Shown here: piece after piece, positions 12,901 to 25,600 of the stretch | How positions within the stretch are numbered: position 1 is the first letter of the stretch | How the letters are laid out: every line of letters starts with the position of its first letter | NCBI GenBank assembly: GCA_002633005.1 | Contig: NMRA01000409.1 | Span: forward strand, 311,831 to 375,830 | Direction: 5' to 3' | From: Phoronis australis | Taxonomy: Eukaryota; Animalia; Phoronida | Length of the DNA: 64,000 nucleotides | Translations under genes and position numbers: made by a program | The notes under the pieces: generated by a model | Seen by the model: only the letters and a program-made list of their open reading frames with translations | The model's database searches: none | Told to the model about the DNA's origin: nothing

Positions 12901-13912
12901 AGGACAGTCTGGGACATCAAGAAACTACAGTTGTTTCTTGGTGCCGAAACTTACACGCTTTTGCCGTTTGGGCATGCAATAGGTGGTTGCGATATAACAT
13001 CACGGCTGTTCGGTATTGGCAAGGCTCTCTCATTCAATAAACTGCGTGATCGAGAATTCTGCGAAAAGGCTAGAGTATTCATTAGACCTTATGCAGCTGA
13101 AGCAAGGCATATTTGAAGCCTGTAAAAGATTTGTGCTTTATGGAGGTACTGGCTCTGGAAATTTAAATGACTTGCAATGCAGGCGATTTGTGAAAAAGGT
13201 GTCATCAAGCGTAGCCCAAATCCCAAGACAGTCATTACCACCAACTGCTTCAGCAGGTAAATTCCATGCTGCCAGGACAACAATGGCCAAGTTTCTGTGG
13301 CGGTGACCTACACCCGCTGGATTGAGGATGAATGCTGGCAGTTGGAAAACTCATTCCCATGACGACGGACCTGTCAGCAGCACCAGAGAACCTGCTGATA
13401 GTTAGAAGCTCATGCAAGACCAACTGCAGTTGATCTATGAAACTCAGAATATGAAATCTGTGAAGTTGGCGTGTCTCAGGAATTTGAAGTTCTTACACGA
13501 AGCAACTATTTGGTGGCCATATTAGAAAATGGCGGAAGAGCCAAACCCAGTGAGTCTCAATAGATTAGTCAACCCAGAAAACCTATGATGTAATGTTTGA
13601 ATCAAGACGATACACTAATCTGCGAAGTTGTGCGACTCGAAGTAGTTTTGGCGGCCATCTTGGAAAATGGCGGATGATGTCACCGCAGCCATGCAAAACT
13701 ATTTTCAATGGATTTGTTGACTACAGAAGATACGTAAACCTTTTTGAATTTTTACTTTTTATAATGGTCATATGAAAGTCTGGCGGCTATTTTGTCCGCC
13801 ATCTTGAAAAACCAACTTCCTCCACCCCGATTTCGGTAGACTTTTTTCAAACTAAGGGGTATGAGAGGATACTATCTATGCAATAAAACCTTCTGTTGCA
13901 ATTATTTCCGGG
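9964..13912 (+). mobile_element. Decayed Academ (XPG-type) DNA transposon, copy A (right end lost in the gap)
   Basis: Left TIR TAGTCCAGTCATTCTA follows TCA. Frameshifted ORF remnants include LGGFRSEMSFL, RGHMLVDSALN, KGLTR, QGDADVLIV, DDTDLL and HAIGGCDITS (XPG/H3TH-like), with a Cys-rich end. Confidence 0.8.
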
Positions 13913-14774
13913 NNNNNNNNNNNNNNNNNNNNNNNNNNNNNNNNNNNNNNNNNNNNNNNNNNNNNNNNNNNNNNNNNNNNNNNNNNNNNNNNNNNNNNNN
14001 NNNNNNNNNNNNNNNNNNNNNNNNNNNNNNNNNNNNNNNNNNNNNNNNNNNNNNNNNNNNNNNNNNNNNNNNNNNNNNNNNNNNNNNNNNNNNNNNNNNN
14101 NNNNNNNNNNNNNNNNNNNNNNNNNNNNNNNNNNNNNNNNNNNNNNNNNNNNNNNNNNNNNNNNNNNNNNNNNNNNNNNNNNNNNNNNNNNNNNNNNNNN
14201 NNNNNNNNNNNNNNNNNNNNNNNNNNNNNNNNNNNNNNNNNNNNNNNNNNNNNNNNNNNNNNNNNNNNNNNNNNNNNNNNNNNNNNNNNNNNNNNNNNNN
14301 NNNNNNNNNNNNNNNNNNNNNNNNNNNNNNNNNNNNNNNNNNNNNNNNNNNNNNNNNNNNNNNNNNNNNNNNNNNNNNNNNNNNNNNNNNNNNNNNNNNN
14401 NNNNNNNNNNNNNNNNNNNNNNNNNNNNNNNNNNNNNNNNNNNNNNNNNNNNNNNNNNNNNNNNNNNNNNNNNNNNNNNNNNNNNNNNNNNNNNNNNNNN
14501 NNNNNNNNNNNNNNNNNNNNNNNNNNNNNNNNNNNNNNNNNNNNNNNNNNNNNNNNNNNNNNNNNNNNNNNNNNNNNNNNNNNNNNNNNNNNNNNNNNNN
14601 NNNNNNNNNNNNNNNNNNNNNNNNNNNNNNNNNNNNNNNNNNNNNNNNNNNNNNNNNNNNNNNNNNNNNNNNNNNNNNNNNNNNNNNNNNNNNNNNNNNN
14701 NNNNNNNNNNNNNNNNNNNNNNNNNNNNNNNNNNNNNNNNNNNNNNNNNNNNNNNNNNNNNNNNNNNNNNNNNN
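13913..14774. other. Assembly gap (862 N)
   Basis: Run of n. Confidence 0.99.
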
Positions 14775-14978
14775 CTTTAATGCTAAAGCCCTTAAGTCCT
14801 CGGGACTCAGTTAACCTGCCGGGTCCTGCTGAAGTATATAGTTACCACACGATAGCCGCGTTGAGTTCCGTAGACGCAAGCATCTCCCTTGTAATACATG
14901 ACGACATCTCGGTAAGTCTTGTGTGTTGTGTTTTCGCGAGACTATGGTGTCTACGGATTTCGAATGCCTTACCATTCA

Positions 14979-17900
14979 TAGTCCAGTCATTCTAGAGCTC
15001 CAGAAGGCCCAATCTAGAAAAAATGCAACAAAAGTTTTGTTTCCATAAATGGCTTCTTCAAGCATCCCTTTGTGACAGAAAAAAGTCTACTTTGGCGGAA
15101 GTCAGTTTTTCAAGATGGTGGAAAACTTGGTCGCCAAAACCGGTGTTTACTGCTTTTTGGCATGTTGCTCTTATGCAACAGCTGGAAAGAACACAATAAA
15201 ACTTGTCATTGGTTATATACTTTTCATAACAGGCATACCAATCAAAAGATGTCAATTTTCCCTAAAATAAAACCAATATGGCCGACAAAATGGCAGCCGA
15301 AACGGCAACTTGGCACTTGTTGCAAAATTTCTTTTCATATTTTACCCTGAAAATGACAAAATTTCTATACATTTATAAGTTAGACAATTGAAAATATCTG
15401 GACCTTACAGTTGGTCCCTGATTGGTGAGAAAAAATCAAGATGGCTCACAAAATGGCCGCCAACTCACAAATAACTCCAATTTACCGTACGTGCATTCTG
15501 CAAACTTTGTTTGTAACCTGAGTAGCGTTAACACAAAATCATTTTACAATCTACAGACACGCTTAAAGAATTGATTCTTTATAAAGTTTGTTTTTAAGAT
15601 TAAGGTACTAAATGGGGAATTTTAATCACATTTTAGATTATTTAACGAAGAATTTGGTGTTTTTCAGAAAAGGCTTTAGCTAAATTTTAATGAGGAATTT
15701 CACACACTCAATACTTTTTTTCTGTAAAATACAACTGTATATTCATTGGAGGCATCAAAAATAATATTTGATAGAAGAATATGTAATTTTGGTGGAATTA
15801 TTGGCTTATTCAGTACTCAAACCCTGAATCACATTTGGCAGGAAGTGGCTTTGTTCTCTCTTTGGAAATATTATCAGTTGTTCCCATGCAAAAATTTCGT
15901 CTGCTACTGACATGAGTGGAGAATTTGGCAGCGGATTTCACCTGAATTTGATGAAAAATAAATAAATTTGTGTAACTAAAAGCTAATAATTAAATGTTTA
16001 GCATTTAGTACTCACTATTGGTTTAATATGCATGCTTTCATGAACATAGCTAACTGATTTTAGAGGAAATTAGTGCCAGCAAACCAAACGACAGTTATCT
16101 GCAGTTGGTTGTTCTTAGCAAGTCTTGGCGGATTTCGTACTGAGATGAGCTTTCTGGAATTTATTGGATGCGTAATGTCAGGCACCAGGCTTCAAGTTCT
16201 TTAGACAGAGTATGCACCAAACAGTGTTATCCATATGTTAAATTGGAAAAGTGTGGACAGAACAGTTAGGGGGCATATGTTGATAGACTCAGCACTGAAT
16301 GCTATCATCACAGCCAGAGCATTCAACATCCCACTTCCAAATATTGCCAATCCAGAACCAATGACTTCAGGATTTCAAGAAAGAAGTTCCGGTTCTTCAG
16401 AAACTCCAGGAGTCCCGAATGTCACCAATGCAGAACACACAGATTCCGTGCCAAGAGGTGGAGCAATTCAATGCTTGTACACAAACGTTGGCTCGTCAGA
16501 GTATATGAAGACAGATTCTTCAGACATCCCAACTGATCACATAACTATAGATGTATACACTGGGACATGAAATGCACACGGAGTGTCTTCCGATTCTGAA
16601 CCATGGATTACAGTGGAATACTCTCACGAGAGTACTCTTCTGGCTTCCTACATACCGCCACTGGTACATGTGTATTCAAACAGGACTGAATCATAGTATA
16701 GGTCTTCATAATACGCAGTGACAGAATGGTTTGTCAGAAGAATCAATGGCCACTGATATACTTGATAATGATTTGAAAGCTGGTCTGAAGCTGTACGTGT
16801 ATGATGATCTAATTGCTGGCATGACGTCTGTGTTCTGCGATGTATGCTTGTCGGAGTGTCTTGTAAGAATCCATAAAAAACGAAGCACATACATGTACAT
16901 GCAAATCAGACTTGTCTTTGGAAAGTCAAACTAGCAGTCTCTGGCTACAGTATATGAAGATGCATGACATACTTCGACTTTTTCTAACAGCAGAAATAAG
17001 CTCAGATTGGGAACTTCACCTAAAAGTAGTTTCTAATATGCTGCCTTACTTTGCAGCTGCTGGTTACATCTCATATGCGAAATCTGCATACATGTACTTG
17101 CAGCAGATGCACCAACTCAATGACACCCATCCTGACGTCTACAGCGCCTTTATTAACGGCCACCATGCCATAAGACAAAGTGACAGATTCTGGACAGGCT
17201 TGTCATCTGACCTTGTAATTGAACAAACGCTCATAAAAACCATTAAATCATCAAAAGGTTTAACTAGAGGTTGCGGAATAGGAGATACGCAGCGTGCACA
17301 GTGGCTGCTTTCCTTGCTGGCATGCTCACGTATAAATGGTGCCATGCACAGTATCACAAACTGGAGTTGTGAAACAAGTGAGCAGCACAAAGAATGTACC
17401 CTGGCAAGACAGTCGCGGGATGACAAAGACATCCTCAGCCTTGTTAAATTCCTCCACAACAGAAACCCCTTTGAAAGGGATTACAGAACATTGCGACTGT
17501 CGTGACTTCATGCACCCGCGTCAATGCCGAAAATGCCAGAGAAGCGGGGAAGGCAATTCTCTTTTCTATAGAGGGGTCGAGTGTGAAAGACGTCAAATTC
17601 AGAAAGAAAGACGAGGCTGTGGCAATGACAAGTCCACTAGTTCATGTTGCCAATAGTGATCCACAACTGCTGTTTCAGCGATTACTGACAGCCGCAAAAG
17701 ACATTTATAATGAATGTTTATCAAGCCTTTTGAAGTTTGATCTGTTTGTTGATTACCTCGCTCTTTTTGATACATCTGGTCTTCCCAGAGCCGCTGAGCT
17801 GATGCACTCTGGTGCAGTGGAGCACGACCTACCTGAGGATTACCAATTTCCAGAAAACACGGTGATGCATGCAATCGACAGCGGTTCTCTCCTTCACTGT

Positions 17901-19390
17901 TTTCTATGACCTAAAGGTGCGACTGTCAGTCAGTTAGTAGAGCTTATGTGGATTACGTCAGCAAGTACACCCAGCTTACTGTTGTTTTTGATGGTTGTGG
18001 AGGTGGCCCATCAACTAAAGATGTCTCCCATGTTAAAACACTTGCTTCAATAGTGACAAAGTGATTAAGTCAACGAAGAAAGTTCACATTGTTGGCAAAC
18101 AGCAAAATCAAAGATTCATTCACTTCCTTGTAGAAATGTTGGTTGCACAGTTGTACAAACTCAAGGTAACGCAGACGTTTTAATTGTAGAAACAGAAGTA
18201 GAGAATGCAGCACAAGGTCCTACTACTGCAGACGATACAGACTTGTTGGTTCTTTTGTGTTACCATGCTATTTCACAACAATTTCCAGTATTCATGATCT
18301 GACAAGAGACACCAAAACGAGAGGAGAGTCTGAGACATCAAGAAACTACAGTTGTCTCTTGGTGCCGAAACTTGCGCGTTTTTGCCGTTTGTGCATGCAA
18401 TAGGCGGTTGCGATATAACATCGCGGCTGTTCGATATTGGCAAGGCTCTCTCATTCAAGAAACTGCGTGATCGAGAATTATGCGAAAAGGCTAAAGTATT
18501 CATTAGACCTTATGCAGCTGAAGCAAGGCATACATGTATTTGAAGCCAGTAAAAGATTTGTGCTTTATGGCGGTACTGGCTCTGGAAATTTAAATGACTT
18601 GCAATGCAGGCGATTTGTGGAAAAGGTGTCATCAAGAGCCCAAGTCCAAATACAGTCATTACCACCAACTGCTTCAGCAGGTAAATTCCATGTTGCCAGG
18701 ACAACAATGGCCAAGTTTCTGTGGCGGTGACCTAGACCCGCTGGATTGAGGATGATTGCTGGCAGGTGGAAAACTCATTCCCATGACGAAGGACCAGTCA
18801 ATAGCACCAGATAACCTGCTGGTAGTTAGATGCTCGTGCAAGACCAACTGCAGTTGATCTATGAAACTCAGAATATGAAATCTGTGAAGTTGGCGTGTCT
18901 CTGGAATCTGAAGTTCTTACACGAAGCAACTATTGGTGGCCATATTAGAAAATGGCGGAAGAGCCAAACCCAGTGAGTCTCAATGGATTAGTCAACCCAG
19001 AAAACCTATGATGTAATGTTTGAATCAAGACGATACACTAATCAGTTCGTGCGAAGCTGTGAGACTCGAAGTAGTTTTGGGCGGCCGTCTTGGAAAATGG
19101 CGGATGGTGTCACCGCAGCCATGCAAAACTATTTCCAATGGATTTGTTGACCCACAGAAGATACGTAAACCTTTTTGAATTTTTACTCTATCACATTCCA
19201 CTCTCGAGTTATAATGGTCACATGCAAATCTGGCGGCCATTTTGTCTGCTATTTTGAAAAACCAACTTCCGCCTCCCCGATTCCAGTAGACTTTTTTTCA
19301 CACTAAGGCCGGGGTGTGAGAGGATACTATCTATGCAATAAAACTTTCTGTTGCAATTATTTCCGGGTTGTCCTTAGAATGACTGGACTA
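14979..19390 (+). mobile_element. Decayed, internally deleted Academ (XPG-type) DNA transposon, copy B, both ends present
   Basis: Perfect 16-bp TIRs (14979-14994 and 19375-19390) with TAG...CTA termini and a 3-bp TSD TCA, plus a longer imperfect subterminal IR. Transposase remnants include LWLQYM, ISSDWELHL, MLPYFAAAG and FWTGLSSDLVIEQ; XPG motifs follow. Superfamily assignment is from recalled Academ features. Confidence 0.83.
16060..18860 (+). pseudogene. Academ transposase-XPG nuclease pseudogene (counterpart at about 11040-13430)
   Basis: Multiple stops and frameshifts break the homologous frame across the ORFs at 16235, 16912, 17502, 18352 and 18437. Confidence 0.75.
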
Positions 19391-19523
19391 TCAAGGAGTT
19401 CGGTCAATGCTACCAGCATTTAGAAGGTCGAGTACTATTTATTTTGCAGGCATACGATCTTTGGATTTCAGACGGACGTTGCCAATCGAATGACGACATA
19501 CCTCAAAAACAGACCGGATAGAA

Positions 19524-19643
19524 ATGCAATCGCAAAGCTCAGACAGCACACGAAGCGTGTTTAACCCTTTGATCTACTGGCCTTTGCTCAAGTTCTACGT
19601 CCCTGTCGTTATCACGTATATAGTGCCGTATCTAGCTCAACAG
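19524..19643 (+). CDS. ANKH: ANKH-2 coding exon 1 (MQSQSSDSTRSVFNPLIYWPLLKFYVPVVITYIVPYLAQQ)
   Basis: In-frame TGA upstream at 19491; donor gtaggt; resembles ANKH HYWPLIRFLVP. Confidence 0.85.
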
Positions 19644-22600
19644 GTAGGTGAAATTTTTCTCCATTTTGTTCACATTTTGCCGTAAAGACGGGAACACGAG
19701 ACAGATAACCTCAAACACAATCTCTAGTTTTCACTGGCTCCACATTTTCTGCATTCCGCGAGGCATAGTGGGGTGTGAGCGCACGTAGTTGCAACCAACC
19801 ACCTTTCTACACCTTAACGTAGCGTCTAGGTGCCGAAAGGGATGGTATAGTGGATCATAGTCTCGATAGGCTAGCTTACGGTATCAATGAGTAAGCTGAC
19901 GATAGCATTGTTGCTGAATATTTCGGCGCTCGCGACCACCAGGCATACATGTATGCTCGCCGAGAAATGGAATTTTTATTAGTATTTCAGTATAAAGACA
20001 CAGTTATGGTGTCAAACCATAGATGTTACAGGTGTATGAAAGAGTAAAGTATATTTATTTAGAGATTGGGTGTGGATGTTTTAAATTATCAACTCAACTG
20101 ACAAAAGGTGAATTTGAAAGTTTATCCAATACGTGCTCAAAACAAGATGGCGGAAGGCAGTTTATGGGTCACGGCGTGATGTTGAATTGTTTTTCAGCTT
20201 TGCCTGAAGAAATGTCTTCTGAGCCAAGAGGTCACTCCTGAACATGAAAAGTTCATCAAGATACAAGCGCATAAAATCAAAACTTTTTGACAGAAAGCAC
20301 AGGTTTCATGTAACTTTAAAAAATGCGACAGAAACAGCGAGTAAAATCCTTCAATTTTTATCATTCAGATGACTCCAAAAAGGTTCACCAGTACACGAGA
20401 CTAAGCTACACATACATGTACTGTACATAAAAACGGATTCTCGCTATTGTTAATAGCCCCGGGTAATGTTGTAGATTAAGGAAAGGAAATTCGATATCAC
20501 CAAACAGAAACATCAAAAATGTGCGATAAAGGTTTTTGTCTTTTGCAACAATGCAGAACGTCTGAATATTTTTCTATCATTTTTAGCTCATGAGCCCCGG
20601 GTAATATGGTTGATTTAAGAAAAGAAGTTCCATATCACCAAACACAAACATCGAAGATGTGAATAAATGCTTTTGTCGATTGTAACAATGCAGAACGTCT
20701 GAAAATGTTTCTATCATGTTTAGCTCATGAGCCCCGGGTAATATACAATGCATACAATCATTTTTAACTCATGCCAGGAGCAGACAAATAATGACTACAG
20801 AGTTTCCGGGATGGAAAAGTGGAAGACAGTATTTATCACACTTAGAGAACGCAATACAAAAACATCAACAGGAAACTAAATTCAATATTCATAGAAGACA
20901 AAAAAATATTCGTAACTGGTCGTTGCGTAATTGATGCTACAATATATCAATTGGAACTGTAACATTTTTGGCTCGCATTTGAACAGCCTTTTCAGTCCTT
21001 TTGATAAAGCTGAAAACACATAAAATACACGACCTCTTTGTTCATGTAAACCGAGCAAATATTATTCCTGAATTAGTACTGTACATGTGATTCTAGGAAC
21101 TGGATGTTGAAGCAATACACATTTACGGCCATATTGGCTCAATTGGTATTTGACCTGTCAACATATAGTCTCGGATCAAACACGATGATGGTAGCAAGAA
21201 AAAGCCGGAAAGTCACAAATAGATCTAGAGGTTGCATTCGACCGTGAAAAGGAATAGCCTTATAAAACGAGCCTGTTTCTTAGCTGTAAGGTCACCTTTG
21301 TTAGTTTTAGACTCAATTTGGAATGCATATAAAGTGTACAGTAAGCTTGTTATGAGTGTTGCTTTTTATACTTGTACGAATATGGAGAATTAAATTACTT
21401 TGATTAAATTCAGTGTACCAGTACATACATGTAGTTTGTACATTCAAATGAAAATGAAAAACTATAAATAAAGAATAAACAAGCTAGGACTATCCTCACA
21501 ACTGTCGCCAACTTTATGAAAATCTTCCATTACTTTGTATCCTCTACTCACTGGCGTTCATTTACAGTAAATGAATGACACCAGTGACGTCTGTTTAACC
21601 AACTTACACTGGGACACATCGATGCGCAACCGAAATAGTTCTCAATATATGATATAGCTGTAAAACTATTATATCCACTATTACGAAAATATCATGAAGT
21701 TCTTAAAAGTGTATGAATGAAACTGAAAAACTTGAAATAAACCATCAAAGCCTGTACTAAAAATTACTACAAGTTTTGTATTCATACACCACCTTCACAT
21801 CAACTTATTATTTTGTAAATTCATAAATATCAGATGTAGAAAAGTCTATGTCAAACACTGTTTTTTGTGCTATTTTTGTATAAAAAGTGCATAAGAGGAG
21901 GCAGTGTGGCCTAGTGTGATAGGTGTCCGCTTTCTTTACTCGAGGTCGTGGGTTCGAGTGCCACTGGGTCACACTGCTAAACCCTTGAGTCAGGTTTCTA
22001 GCTCCTCAGCTCGGTTTTAGCTACTGTATATATTGATAAAAATGGTTCCAGGTAATCATTGCAATGGGCCCACTTGCGCGGCCTGTGCACGTCTGATACA
22101 ACGTGTATCAGACCGCCTGCAGTTATTTTTTATATACCTTTGTATATTTTAATGAAAAATCTTTAAGTATTATATATAAAAGTCATTTATAGAGTGTACA
22201 GAATTCTAGGCCAGGCAGTAAATGGCTTGTGACTGGGTGTCAAGTTCCAATTTTTACTATCTATTAGTAGCGCTGACACTTTCCAGCTTTCCAGATTATA
22301 AAAGTAACAGCAGTCCGAAAGCCGTACTGCTGTAGCTAGCGACCAGGCGAGTTTTGCTCATGCAAAAACGTATTTTTAATACGTCCGTCCTGAAATAACA
22401 CAGCACCTCTGTTATTCTAAGATATTTACCCACAATGCAACACGAGTGTCAGGCACTTCTCCTGCTTCTCTACATAAAAATTATGAGTCACTACTTCATA
22501 ACCTAATCATTACGAAATTTACCATTATAATGCAGTCTACATTGTACTTGAACTTGTAACATTGCATTACTTTTTGTAAAGCTGACTGCAAGAAATTGAC

Positions 22601-25600
22601 AAAAAGGGCAAATATTAGGACTGGATATGCTTCCATTGTTAATCTATTCAATTTAGGGTAGGTCAAGGAATGCAGTTTGACAAAAGAGGAGAGATTTTCA
22701 ACTAGAATGGGACTTTTGGACTAAAATTAAGCATGTTCAGGATTATTTTTAGGCTACATGATGAGATTCATTGTTGCATTCGGTGCATGGTACATGTATG
22801 TGTTTTGTGTGGAATGGTCCAGGCTGTATGTTCTGTGATAAAGAGCATACTGTTCCGTGGTAAGCTTAAGTTTTCTGCGGCTCGTGGTTTCGGATCTTTC
22901 AGTGGAATCGTATATGCGCTTTATAGGCTGAGAACAGGAGTCTCACTTCCGGTGGCGGCGAACATGTGGCTAGCACGCTGGCAGCGTTTGGAATAGCGCA
23001 CTCCCTTGTCAAGTTTCTGTGTATGTCAGGTGAGTATTTAATTTTTCCAGTTGACAGGGCAAGAAAAATCAAACCTGTCACGGTTTTGTAGGCTCGAGAA
23101 TGTGTAACTTGTCCTTGTTTAGCAATGGTTGGGGAAAGTGAAGTTTGGTAACGATCCTAGACGCATAAACACGAACTAATCGAATCCATCATTTCAACTG
23201 ATGGTTTTTAATTGCTGTGCACTCATGATGTTGTTCAAGAACTGCATTTTAATTAATTTGGGTTGTTTTCCGTAGAGCTATAGTTTCTTGCGAGTGCCTT
23301 GCGGGTACAGAAATTTTATTTTACGTACAACCGCCAACGAAGAGCGCATCTTTTGGAACGTTAAGGCTTTATCAAATTTTGTATACCGTTAATGAATGCC
23401 TGCTGTTATCTTTTTATTCATATTCTGTTGATCATTGTAGGCGCTTTTGTTTATTGCCACATCTTTATCAAACCTAATCATGCATGTAATGTTTCTCCAG
23501 CGAACTTTCGCCACGTCGGCCTGGTTCTCGTACATTCTCGACGAGACTTGAAGACGAGTTTGGCATTCTGCTGCATTGTCACGTGCCTAACTACAACGCT
23601 GCAGGTGGTTTTAGGTACGTCACTCTTAGCAGTGCGCAGTCCAAACCCGATACAGAACGTCTACGATGTTGCCATTAGCGTTGGATATTATCTAGAATAT
23701 AGTCACGTCTTATCGCACAAAGACATGGTACATGTACATCTCTTGAGCTGGAAATGTCCACGTTGGTAACATGACAACGTGACTCACGAAATCCCGAACG
23801 ATTGATAATTGATAAAACACTCATTTGTGTAGCATATGCATTGGAAAAAGCCCTTACCTGATCGAATTTCATTTCAGTTTTGTGTTTTTAGCAACCTGTT
23901 TTCATTGATAGGTGCCCCAAGTTGCTAATCAATACAACTTCCTTGTCGCCAGCCAAGTTTCCGTGCGCACCGTCCTCTGTTGAATTCGTTTTGCTACGCC
24001 AATGCAAACGCCCTTTATTGTAGAAACTCGAGTGTTTCCGGATAAATAAATAACCATAAACTGTGAACAGGCCTCGTAGATATTTCAAAGTAATCCACAC
24101 TGGCAAGTTGTCGGTTTATGGTTTAGCAGGACTCTTTGAAAATGTCCAAATTTTGCTGAAATGACTGATCGGATTCACATGAAACTTGAGTGATTTATGC
24201 ATTGTTGTCTGAAACCATACTACTGTTTATAAAATGTTTCTCTTTTTTGCGCGAGGGGTTGTCAAAAAGTATGATTTTCTTGAAACGAATTTGCGAAAGT
24301 TTAATAAAATAAAAACGAAAGCATAATTAAGAGAATCGCAAAAGCGTTTTCGAGTTCTAATCTTGAAATTTCGTCATGTTATTGATAATGTACCTCTCTT
24401 TTTGGTAACCCGGAAATTGAATAAAAATACGTGGTCACGTGACCCAATTGATAAAAGAATTGTAAAAGTCAACAGTCAAATTCTAAAGGCTTTCTACTTT
24501 GAGAAAATGTATACTTTTATTGAGTTAAAGTCTACAGTTATGCAGATATTTGGCTCAATGTACAGATTTCACCATCAGGTCCTACAGACTCTTAATTGTA
24601 TCATCTGCCGGTTTTCAAATGACGTCATTCATGTTTTATGGCTTCGGCAACATGCGAAATGAAACAACGAAGCAGTAATAGCAGACACAGGTTTAAGCTA
24701 GCATTTTGGAAAGAAAAGATGGATACTTGTAAAAGCATCTGATATCACCATTATCACAATAATTAACAGCACCATAACCATATGTTTCACCGTCTTCACC
24801 ACCACCGACTCCACCACCATCTTCATCTCTATAGCGACCACAACCATCACGGCTGCCACTACCATGACCACCTCCACAACAACAACCACCACCACCACCA
24901 CTTTCAGTACAGTACCCAACAATCACCATCGCCACCACTACCGAAAAAGTCATCAGTAATACCAACACCACCATCATCATCGCCACTACATCCAATATCA
25001 CCATAGGTATTTGAGTGTTGAAACCCTTAGTTTTCACCTTCTCTTGTCCCTAATTAATTGATCATATTTCCTCTGTACATATCTTTAGGTGAATCATTTT
25101 CATCTGATTTCCCTTCCTACGTTTGCAAACAATTTTATGTTTTGTATTCAACTACAACAGAACTAACTCGCTTCCTAAGATTATGTTTAAAATTTGTCCT
25201 ATCCAACTAACTTGCAATTTATATTTCTGTAAGCGAACTTATAATATATTTTCGTTGTTTAAAAACGACTCCTCTTATTCTCCGGACTACCTTATGTAAC
25301 CGCTCTTGACCTGTCAATAAGCATTGTTGTATGAATTGTTAAATACGGCTATCATTTGGGTGCCTCAAGTAGAGTGAGTTTCTCTGGTCCCCATGTACGG
25401 TCACCGTTCAATTTCTCTTACAGGCATCAAATGAGAAAACATGTTATGCACGTTTAGGATAGTGACGTGTCTCACTATTGTTTACATAACACCTGTATGG
25501 ATTACGGAATCGTTATTGCCGTTTGCCTCCTTTTAGCTGGCGATGTTGAAGAACATCCGGTTCATGCATTTTTCTAGCTACATTGTATAGCTTCTGCTTT

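Noticed and set aside
13861-14814. Long ORFs of 317 and 294 aa
   Set aside because: They are translations of the N gap.
24693-25037. His-, Gly- and Val-rich ORFs (also 27779-28012)
   Set aside because: They are products of CAC-type microsatellites inside ANKH-2 introns.
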